64,000 nucleotides of DNA from a virus (Duplodnaviria > Caudoviricetes), in the IMG/VR virus record IMGVR_UViG_3300014501_000017, positions 323 through 64,322 of that record; one strand, given 5' to 3'. The translations under genes were made by a program, and so were the position numbers. Below, in pieces: positions 56,579 through 64,000 of this stretch; the stretch's first letter is position 1, and every line of letters begins with the position of its first letter. Under the pieces are notes generated by a model, which saw only the letters and a list, made by a program, of their open reading frames with translations, had not been told where the DNA came from and did not search any database.

Positions 56579-57290
56579 GTATTTTATGGTTTATAAAATA
56601 AATAATTTAAAAAATGGTAGATATTATATTGGAGCACACAAGACTGATAATTTAAATGATGGATATATGGGTTCTGGAATTGCAATTAAACGTGCAATAA
56701 AAAAATATGGCAGGAAAAACTTTAGGCGAAAAATAATTAAACAATGCAAGACGGAATTGCAAATGTTTGCTTTTGAAAAAAAGATCATAGAAGAATGTAT
56801 AGATGATAATCCATGTTATAATATTAAACAAGGTGGAATTGGTGGTTGGACTTGGATTAACAAACATAGACATTTATTTAAAAATCCTATGCTTAATCCA
56901 ATAATTGCTAATAAAGTAAGTGTAGCTTTAAAAGAAAAATTTCGTACAGATAATAATTATAGAAAAAAATTACTTAAACATTGTGAAAATTTGGCTAAAA
57001 TGGGGGCTGAATTTAATAAAGGACGAAAGCGCCCATATCATGCTAAATTTATGAAAGAGTGGAGCAAAAATAATTGGAATAAAAATAGAGAAAAAATGAG
57101 AGATTCGTTATCATCATGGTTTAAGGTTGTATCTCCAAAAGGAAAAGTGTATAATACAAATAGATTGGGTGATTTATGTGATAAGTTTGGATTATCTTTT
57201 GTTACAATGTGGTGGGCTAGTAAAAGAAACAAACAAGTGAGTAAAGGAAAAGCAAAAGGTTGGATATGTCAACAGATTATTCAAAATTAA
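56577..57290 (+). mobile_element. GIY-YIG (Seg-like) homing endonuclease splitting gene 43
   Basis: VYKI.N..NGRYYIG.H.T.NL.DGYMGSG.....AIKKYG..NF.R.I, E, CYN...GG.GG. Confidence 0.92.
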
Positions 57291-58399
57291 GTGATAAGGA
57301 GTTAATAGAGCGCCATAAAATCGGAATTAATCAAATTGATTATTGCAAAAATATGCAACATCAATTGAAGATTACTTTAAATTCCGGTTATGGCGCTCTT
57401 TAGCTATGTAATAGATATTTTCGGTGGTTTGACCCAAGACTTGGAGAATCGGTTACCTTGTCTGGTCAGGTTTCTATTCGTTGGATGGAAACGCGGATGA
57501 ATGATTTCTTGAATAGAAGAAACAAGACTACCGGATATGACTATATTATTGCCTGTGATACAGATTCAATGTATCTTAGATTAGGAACTATGATTGAAGG
57601 TGGTTGGTCTGAAAGAGTAGATCAGAAATATAAAAATATGACACCAGATGAAATTACATCTGATATTGATAAAATATGTGAGGAAGAATTCACCCCATTT
57701 ATTGAAAAATCTTATAAAGAATTAGCCGAGTATGTCCATGCCTATAATCAGACAATGATTATGAAGCGTGAGACAATTGCCAATAAGGGTATTTGGACCG
57801 CTGCCAAACATTATGCCTTGAATGCTTATGATATAGAGGGTGTTCGTTATAAAGAACCTGAGCTAAAGATAACTGGTTTGGAGTGTGTTCGTTCTTCTAC
57901 TCCATCGTCCTGTAGAGTTTCTATTAAGGAAGCTATCAAGGTTATCATGAACAAGGAACAGGATGATTTAATTAAATTCATAGAAGAATTCAAGCAAAAG
58001 CATAAAACTCTTCCTATATCAGAGATAGCTTTCCCACGTTCGGTTAATGGTTTGACAAAATGGGCTGATTCTGCTAGTATATACAAGAAAGGAACTCCTA
58101 TTCAAGTAAAGGGATCAATTATTTTCAATAAGTTATTGAAAGAAAAGAATCTTACTAACGAGTATCCTTTAATTGTTGATAGTGAGAAGATAAAATTTGT
58201 TTATCTCAAACTTCCTAATCATATTAAAGATAAGGTAATTGCTTTCAATGGTATTGAACCACCTAAAGAGTTTGATATTGAGCCTTATGTAGACCATGAA
58301 ATAATGCTTAATAAGAGTTTTATAGAGCCTCTTCATAGTATTCTTGATGTAATTGGATGGAAGACTGAGAAGAGAGCGACCTTAGAGGATTTTTTCTAA
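57266..58399 (+). CDS. gp43: DNA polymerase subunit gp43B with in-frame TAG at 57401-57403 (probable recoding)
   Basis: ATG 57266 (AAGGT upstream) reads MSTDYSKLS...KITLNSGYGAL*LCNRYFRWFDPRLGESVTLSGQ in frame with ORF 57458-58399, which holds motif C (CDTDS), KHYAL, GLE.VRSSTP and the TLEDFF clamp-binding tail. Confidence 0.88.
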
Positions 58400-58707
58400 T
58401 GATTACAGATGCAGAAATAGAATCAGTAGTTACTAATAAAATTTCAGTTTTGAATTGTGATATATGTGGAGACCGTGAATTTTTTGAACAAGTAAAAGGG
58501 TTTCATTATACAAATATAGGTGGATTAAATGGATTTCCACCAAAGAATAGTAAATTTTCTAAAGTTGAGTTTCATAGTATTAGAAATCAAAAAATAGTTC
58601 AAGTACATATTTGTTTTGATTGTATTATGTCCAAGCTTTCGATTGTGTTTAGAGACTATGTTGATTTTAGTCCGTTATTTGATAAGGTAAATGATAAGGA
58701 GAATTAA
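58399..58707 (+). CDS. Zn-finger hypothetical protein
   Basis: CDIC...HICFDC. Confidence 0.6.
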   Translation: MITDAEIESVVTNKISVLNCDICGDREFFEQVKGFHYTNIGGLNGFPPKNSKFSKVEFHSIRNQKIVQVHICFDCIMSKLSIVFRDYVDFSPLFDKVNDKEN

Positions 58708-58708
58708 A

Positions 58709-58918
58709 ATGGCAGAGAAAACAAAGAAAGTAGTAAAGGCTAGTTATACAGTTTATACAAGGGTGAATATTCAAGTTGGAGTTGCTGTTGAGGCTGATTC
58801 ATTAGAAGATGCAGTAGCAGCCTCTAGAAAATTTACTGTAACCGATATCCTTGATTTTCAAGGACATGATTTTCTAGATGGTGATGATTTAGTAATTGAG
58901 GGTGTATTTAAGAATTAA
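58709..58918 (+). CDS. Small hypothetical protein
   Basis: SD AAGGAG; VEA.SLEDA motif. Confidence 0.6.
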   Translation: MAEKTKKVVKASYTVYTRVNIQVGVAVEADSLEDAVAASRKFTVTDILDFQGHDFLDGDDLVIEGVFKN

Positions 58919-58919
58919 T

Positions 58920-59522
58920 ATGATTAGAAAATATATAATGGGTCTGTTGGCTGTAGTTCTGGTTGCTGGATGTTCTTCACATAATTCAGATTCAGAATTA
59001 TTTTATCAGGCATTAACTAAGCAGACGGTTGAAGCACAGATGAGAAATTCTGTACAGGCTTCTCCTGTAGCTACTCCAGTACCGATTGTGACTATGCATG
59101 TTCCTATTGCAGAACCTACATCAACTTCTATTTCTCCTGATGTTATAGCTAGGTATGAAAAACTTACTGGACGACATATAAATAGAAAGCATTTATCTGT
59201 TCCGGTGATGAAGTCATTAACTGGTGTTAAGGTTGCAGGAAATTCATCAACATTAACAATTCCTAGTATAGCTGATACTGCTCATGCAATGTTTACTGCT
59301 ATTGTAAAAAAGTGTTATAATTGTGTAGCAACACTTCTTCCTACGCCGCAACCAACAGCAACAACTATTACTGCTCCAATTCAGACTAAAGGATTTATAA
59401 CACAAGGAATGGTATTAACGTTGACGTTTATTTTTCTGATAATTTGTTTTTTGATTGTTGTCCTTCCTAAATGGGTTGAATATGGTAGTACTAAAGCTAA
59501 TAAATGGATGAATAGAAAATAA
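58920..59522 (+). CDS. Lipoprotein with C-terminal transmembrane helix
   Basis: MIRKYIMGLLAVVLVAGC lipobox; Pro/Thr-rich body; TM MVLTLTFIFLIICFLIVVLP near the C-terminus. Confidence 0.65.
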   Translation: MIRKYIMGLLAVVLVAGCSSHNSDSELFYQALTKQTVEAQMRNSVQASPVATPVPIVTMHVPIAEPTSTSISPDVIARYEKLTGRHINRKHLSVPVMKSLTGVKVAGNSSTLTIPSIADTAHAMFTAIVKKCYNCVATLLPTPQPTATTITAPIQTKGFITQGMVLTLTFIFLIICFLIVVLPKWVEYGSTKANKWMNRK

Positions 59523-59523
59523 T

Positions 59524-59835
59524 ATGCCAGTAACAACAAAAGCTGTAGCTCGTGGTAAAGAATGGGAAAAAGAAACAAAGGAAGAAACCCTTGTTGATTT
59601 TGGATTTACTATTGGTAATGATGATCAAACAATAGATGGGTCAGCAACAATAGCTAGTCTTCAAAAAGAATTGAAACTAGTTAATATGAAGTTGGAGTTT
59701 CTTAAGAATCGTATGTTTACAATGTTGGATAATTTTGCTAAACATCCAGAAATACCCACTATCCAATGGCCAAATCGTCTTGAGCATATCAATAAAGTTA
59801 AAGACGAAATAACAAAAAAGTTAGCTGAAAAATAG
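59524..59835 (+). CDS. Conserved T4-like hypothetical protein upstream of uvsX
   Basis: DFGFT, coiled-coil, L.N..K.PE...I.WPNR. Confidence 0.7.
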   Translation: MPVTTKAVARGKEWEKETKEETLVDFGFTIGNDDQTIDGSATIASLQKELKLVNMKLEFLKNRMFTMLDNFAKHPEIPTIQWPNRLEHINKVKDEITKKLAEK

Positions 59836-59843
59836 GAGCTAGT

Positions 59844-60992
59844 ATGAGTAATGAGTTCTTCAAAAAAATGGTCACTAAGTTTGGTGATAAAGACACTTCT
59901 TTTGCCTCTGACATTCCTGATTCTGTTGTTGCTAACTCTTTTATTGATACTGGCAGCTTTTCTCTCAATGCTATTCTCGCGGCTAGCCTATATGGTGGCG
60001 TATCTTCACGCTTGGTTACTTGTTTCGCAGGAATCGAATCGGTTGGAAAAACTTTTTTTGTTCTTGGTATCGTTAGAGCCTTCCTTGCCGCGAACCCGCA
60101 ATCTGGAGCAATCTTTTACGATTCCGAAGGCGGGGTTACGAAAGAACTCTTTAAGGCAAGAGGTATCGACCCGTCGCAAATCGTTATTGTAAGAAAATTC
60201 ACTATTCAGGATTTCAGAACTCATGCATTAATGGTTCTTACTGAATATGCAAAGGTTGATCGGAAAAAGCGCCCACCTATGATGATGGTGCTTGATTCTC
60301 TTGGTATGTTGGCCACTTCTAAAGAAATGGAAGATGCTAAGAAAGGTTCAGAAAAGAAAGATATGACCCGTCAACAGGTTATTCGTTCTGCATTCCGCAC
60401 ACTTACTGGAATAGCTGCACAGGAAGATGTTCCTATAGTTTTAACTAACCATGTATATCAGGTTATTGGTTCGTTTATTCCTATGACAGAAATGTCTGGT
60501 GGTGGTGGAGTAAAATATGCTGCATCGCAAATTCTTTATCTTTCAAAGAGACAGGATAAGGAAGAAGGAAAAGCAGTATCTGGAAGTATTATCAAAGTAA
60601 AGATGGTTAAATCCAGAATTTCGCGAGAGAAAACACAGGTTGAAACTCGTATAAGATATGATGGTGGTCTAGATAGATATTATGGTTTGTTAACTATGGG
60701 GGTTGATGCTGGTTTATTTGAACAAATAGGAGCTAAGGAAACTGCCCGATTCAAACCTCTATTCGGTCCAGAGGCAGAGAGAGAAGCTGCTGAAATAGCT
60801 GCTAAGAAAAAGAAAGATAAAGTTAATGATAAGAGTTATTTTATTACAGCTAATGAAATATATAAAGAACCATTGAAATATTTTACTCCGGATGTAATGT
60901 CAATGCTTGAGTTGTATGTCAAAAAGCATTTTAATTATGGACTTAATACAGAAGAGGAAACTGAATTGATATCAGTTGATGAAGATGAATAA
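59844..60992 (+). CDS. uvsX: RecA-like recombinase UvsX
   Basis: IDTGS..LN, G.ES.GKTFF, YDSE, LDSLGML...KE..D, DMTR, TNH.Y, SGG.G.KYA, KSR, GL.RYYGL. Confidence 0.95.
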   Translation: MSNEFFKKMVTKFGDKDTSFASDIPDSVVANSFIDTGSFSLNAILAASLYGGVSSRLVTCFAGIESVGKTFFVLGIVRAFLAANPQSGAIFYDSEGGVTKELFKARGIDPSQIVIVRKFTIQDFRTHALMVLTEYAKVDRKKRPPMMMVLDSLGMLATSKEMEDAKKGSEKKDMTRQQVIRSAFRTLTGIAAQEDVPIVLTNHVYQVIGSFIPMTEMSGGGGVKYAASQILYLSKRQDKEEGKAVSGSIIKVKMVKSRISREKTQVETRIRYDGGLDRYYGLLTMGVDAGLFEQIGAKETARFKPLFGPEAEREAAEIAAKKKKDKVNDKSYFITANEIYKEPLKYFTPDVMSMLELYVKKHFNYGLNTEEETELISVDEDE

Positions 60993-61422
60993 ACAATTAA
61001 AAACTCTACTTCAAAAATACAAACAGGCAAATACTACTGTTTCAAAAATTCAACGAGATATTGATAAAGTTAGATATAGTTCATTTGTTCCTTGTGCTAA
61101 ATGTTCTAAGAAAATGCGAATTAAGGAAATAGACCTATTTCGTATTAATTGGAAGAATATTGTAGCAGAGTATCAGTATATTTGTCGTCATTGTAAGTAT
61201 GTAAATAGGGTATTATTTAAGAGTCAAGGTGATAATTTTAGACTATACATGAATATACTTGCCGGTGATTATTTTAAAGATATACCTAAAACAGATGTTT
61301 TTCATGATGCTAATGAACCAGCTAAAAGATATAAATTTGTAAATAATTTTTATCTTGAAACGTTGATTGATGAAGAAGTAGCATTTCAGGAGAAGCAAAG
61401 TGTTATCAAGAAAGAAGCCTAA
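60985..61422 (+). CDS. Zn-finger hypothetical protein
   Basis: CAKC...CRHC; start uncertain (60976-60985). Confidence 0.55.
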   Translation: MNKQLKTLLQKYKQANTTVSKIQRDIDKVRYSSFVPCAKCSKKMRIKEIDLFRINWKNIVAEYQYICRHCKYVNRVLFKSQGDNFRLYMNILAGDYFKDIPKTDVFHDANEPAKRYKFVNNFYLETLIDEEVAFQEKQSVIKKEA

Positions 61423-61642
61423 TGAATTCTGGGAAAAGGAATGGAAAGATATGCCTGAATTCATTTCAGAAAAACAAGAGGCATATGCCAAAATTATAAT
61501 CCGCTTTGATAATGAAAAAGCACTTCAAGATTTTGCCAAGAAGATAGGTCAGAAGCTTAATAAAAAATCAAAAAGTATCTGGTATCCATTCAAATCTCAT
61601 TGGGGAAAGGAACGGACCTGTTATGTCCAAAATAAATCCTAG
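61400..61642 (+). CDS. Small protein coupled to the TAGT-like gene
   Basis: EW..MPEF........I.IRF......DFA..IGQK....KSIWYP; SD AGGAG; overlaps the next gene. Confidence 0.7.
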   Translation: MLSRKKPNEFWEKEWKDMPEFISEKQEAYAKIIIRFDNEKALQDFAKKIGQKLNKKSKSIWYPFKSHWGKERTCYVQNKS

Positions 61643-62522
61643 ATTTCCTATCTATATTGTTTCAAAGGGACGATGGAATACTAGGTTGACTGCTACGGCT
61701 TTGCAAGAAATGAATGTTCCATTTAAGATGATAGTAGAAGAGACTGAATATAAAGATTATAGTAAAAATATTACACCAAATAATCTTCTTGTTCTTCCGC
61801 AAAAATATTTAGATAATTATGATACCTGTGATGATTTAGGGTCATCTAAGAGTAAAGGTCCTGGTGCTGCAAGAAATTTTGCATGGGATCATGCTATTGA
61901 TGGTGGGTTGGATAGACATTGGGTAATGGATGATAATATTGATGCTTTTCATAGATTAAATCGTAATGAAAAGAGTTTAGTTTATACCGGAGCAATATTT
62001 AAAGCAGCAGAGGATTTTACTCTTCGTTATGATAATGTTCCATTATCGGGGTTTAATTATTATTCGTTTTGTAAATCAACTGATAAAGTTCCGCCTTATT
62101 ATTTGAATACACGTATCTATTCTTGTCTATTAATAAAAAATAACAATATGCCGTATAGATGGCGTGGTCGTTATAATGAAGATACAGACCTTTCTTTACG
62201 AATATTAAAGGATGGATTATGTACGATCCAGTTTAATGCTTTCCTTTGTGGTAAGGTTACTACACAGAGAATGATAGGTGGTAATACAGAAGAGTTTTAT
62301 AAACATGAAGGTACAAAGGCTAAGTCTCAGATGTTGGTTGATATGCATCCTGATGTAGCCCAATTGGTTTGGAAATTTAATCGTTGGCATCATAAGGTTG
62401 ATTATCGACAGTTCAAGAATAATAAATTACAACTAAGAGATAATCTCAAAATACCGAATCGTATCAATAATTATGGAATGGTTTTGACAACAGTGAAAAA
62501 TTCTGGTATACTACCAAGATGA
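61623..62522 (+). CDS. TET-associated (TAGT/GREB1-like) glycosyltransferase, probable DNA-base glycosylation
   Basis: PIYI.SKGR, VE..E...Y, ARNF.WDH, HWVMDDNI, NTRIYSC.LI, WRGRYNEDTDL.LR.LK.G, GGNT. Confidence 0.8.
   Translation: MSKINPRFPIYIVSKGRWNTRLTATALQEMNVPFKMIVEETEYKDYSKNITPNNLLVLPQKYLDNYDTCDDLGSSKSKGPGAARNFAWDHAIDGGLDRHWVMDDNIDAFHRLNRNEKSLVYTGAIFKAAEDFTLRYDNVPLSGFNYYSFCKSTDKVPPYYLNTRIYSCLLIKNNNMPYRWRGRYNEDTDLSLRILKDGLCTIQFNAFLCGKVTTQRMIGGNTEEFYKHEGTKAKSQMLVDMHPDVAQLVWKFNRWHHKVDYRQFKNNKLQLRDNLKIPNRINNYGMVLTTVKNSGILPR
62484..62512 (+). promoter_or_regulatory. sigma70-type promoter of gp41, predicted leaderless
   Basis: TTGACA-N17-TATACT with TG extension; ATG 6 nt downstream at 62519. 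Confidence 0.78.
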
Positions 62523-63883
62523 TAGAACAGACAATAATATCCAACCTAATCTTAAATGAAGAGTATACAAGAAAAGTAATTCCTTATATCAAGGAAGAAT
62601 ATTTTAAAGAAACTCAGTATAAGGTACTTTTTAAACTTACAGAAGAATTCTTTGAAAAGTATAATGCCCTTCCTTCCAAAGAAGCCTTACTTGTAGAGTT
62701 AGATAATTCAAAAGGCATATCTGATGATGATGCCAAGACTATTAAAACAATTATCAAAGACCTTACTCTTGAGAATACCAGTCAGGATTGGCTTCTAAAG
62801 GAAACAGAGGCTTATTGTAAAAAAAGAGCTATGAGCAACGCCGTCCTTACAGGATGGGAAATTATTTCTGGCGAAAATAAGAAACAGACAGAACATGCTA
62901 TTCCAGAGATAATGCAGGCTGCTCTTGGAGTATCTTTTGATACTCATGTTGGTCATGATTATTTTATAGATGCTGGTGATAGATATGATTTTCTTCATAA
63001 TCCAGAATCAAAGATGTCTCTTCCGCTTGATTATCTTAATGAAATAACTGATGGTGGTACACCAACAAAAACACTGAACATTATTGTTGGTGGTATTAAT
63101 GTTGGTAAGACCTTGGTAATGTGTAATTTTGCCGCTCATGATTTACTTCAAGGCAGAGATGTTCTTTATATTACAATGGAAATGGGTTGGCAATATATCG
63201 AGCAGAGAATTGATTTGAATCTTCTAGATATGTCATTCGATGATTTTAAGCATTGTGAAAAAGGAATTTATCTTAGAAGAGTTGCTGAGTTAAAGAAAAA
63301 GGTAACAGGAAGACTTATCTGTAAGGATTATCCTACAGCTACAGCATCAACTGCTCATTTTCGCCATTTACTTCATGAATTGGAGCATAAGGAAAATTTT
63401 AAGCCAAAGACGGTATATGTAGATTATATTAACCTATGTCTTTCGGCTAGACTTAAATATACCTCGGCGGTTACTGGAACCTATATGCCAATTAAGATGA
63501 TTGCAGAAGAATTAAGGGGTCTTGCAGGGGAACTTGATTTTTCTTGTTGGTCAGGAACACAGTTAACTCGCGGTGGGTTTTCAAGTTCTGACCCTGGTAT
63601 GGAAGATACAGCCGAGTCATTTGGTCTTCCTGCTACAGCAGATTTTATGGGAGCTATTGTTCAGCCAGAAGAATTGGCCGCTCGTAACCAATATATGTTT
63701 ATTCAATGGAAGAACAGATATAATTCCAAACAACATAAGCGTGGTATCATTGGTGTAGATTTGAATAAACAGAGATTATATAATTGTGAAAAGGCAGCTA
63801 CAGAAGCTTTGGTTGATGATTCTAGGCTCGCCCATGGTGAAGAACCAAAATTTAATATGGATAGGTTTGCGGAGTTTAAATGA
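62519..63883 (+). CDS. gp41: Replicative helicase gp41
   Basis: NEEY.RKV.P.IK.EYF, SFD.HVGHDY, G.NVGKTL, YIT.EM, VDY.N, AEELRG.A, Q.TR.G, ESFGLPATAD, KNRY. Confidence 0.96.
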   Translation: MIEQTIISNLILNEEYTRKVIPYIKEEYFKETQYKVLFKLTEEFFEKYNALPSKEALLVELDNSKGISDDDAKTIKTIIKDLTLENTSQDWLLKETEAYCKKRAMSNAVLTGWEIISGENKKQTEHAIPEIMQAALGVSFDTHVGHDYFIDAGDRYDFLHNPESKMSLPLDYLNEITDGGTPTKTLNIIVGGINVGKTLVMCNFAAHDLLQGRDVLYITMEMGWQYIEQRIDLNLLDMSFDDFKHCEKGIYLRRVAELKKKVTGRLICKDYPTATASTAHFRHLLHELEHKENFKPKTVYVDYINLCLSARLKYTSAVTGTYMPIKMIAEELRGLAGELDFSCWSGTQLTRGGFSSSDPGMEDTAESFGLPATADFMGAIVQPEELAARNQYMFIQWKNRYNSKQHKRGIIGVDLNKQRLYNCEKAATEALVDDSRLAHGEEPKFNMDRFAEFK

Positions 63884-64000
63884 AACAACAACAAAAAAAT
63901 GATATATTCAAACGGGCCATTGAGTATGTTGCTGGTTTGTATAAAGAATCAAAAATTAAATTAAATTTAACAGAAAATGGAAATATACTTGTTGCTATGG
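63880..64000 (+). CDS. Hypothetical protein, 3'-partial
   Basis: ATGA overlap; SD GGAG; open to the window end. Confidence 0.5.
   Translation, partial: MKQQQKNDIFKRAIEYVAGLYKESKIKLNLTENGNILVAM

Noticed and set aside
56553-57290. Group I intron or intein in gene 43
   Set aside because: Only 24 non-coding nt precede the endonuclease, and it overlaps the 43B start. 43A has its own stop and 43B its own start, and there are no intein terminal motifs.
57458-58399. TTG at 57458 as the true start of gp43B
   Set aside because: It would omit motif B and the conserved NRYFRWFD.R segment, both in frame upstream. A three-piece polymerase cannot be fully excluded.
1102-63894. Short minus-strand and nested plus-strand ORFs in the track (e.g. 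51165-51650, 32897-33274, 59851-60192)
   Set aside because: They overlap well-supported plus-strand genes and show no recognisable motifs or initiation signals.
1-64000. Genome-wide TAG recoding as the explanation for the polymerase stop
   Set aside because: All other core genes are full length under the standard code, and TAG ends genes at the expected place (gp17 at 20995, gp47 at 41853, regA at 51152).
1-64000. tRNA, rRNA or structured ncRNA genes
   Set aside because: Intergenic gaps are short and accounted for by promoters and a terminator. No cloverleaf was seen by eye; a covariance-model scan was not run.

Overview
A 64-kb segment of a large, AT-rich, lytic T4-like (Tevenvirinae-type core) myophage genome. 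All credible genes are on the + strand. Positions 1-36.5 kb hold the late virion module: baseplate gp6/7/8, a VrlC-like protein in three ORFs, a fibre, gp13-gp23 and gp3. This module is driven by (A/C)TAAATA late promoters. Positions 36.5-64 kb hold replication and recombination genes (uvsY, uvsW, gp55, gp47/46, gp45/44/62, regA, gp43, uvsX, gp41) under sigma70-type promoters. Accessory genes there include peptide deformylase, glycosyltransferases, a methyltransferase, a MazG-like protein, a phosphoesterase, lysozyme and GIY-YIG homing endonucleases (three in the window overall). The strongest novel signal is in the DNA polymerase. It is split into 43A and 43B by a GIY-YIG gene, and 43B carries an in-frame CTT-TAG-CTA (Leu-stop-Leu) just after motif B. 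Removing exactly 6 nt restores the canonical T4 gp43 alignment, which suggests programmed stop-hopping or bypass in an essential gene. Other notable features: systematic leaderless promoter-to-ATG spacing; RBS-sequestering hairpins opened by late promoters; a stand-alone Gol-like gp23 mini-protein; a degenerate gp21 paralog; two signal-peptide, Thr-Ala-repeat proteins inside the head operon; a GP88-like protein with a capsid-targeting-like leader; and N-X-S/T-rich virion proteins. All family assignments come from motif recognition and synteny; no searches were run.
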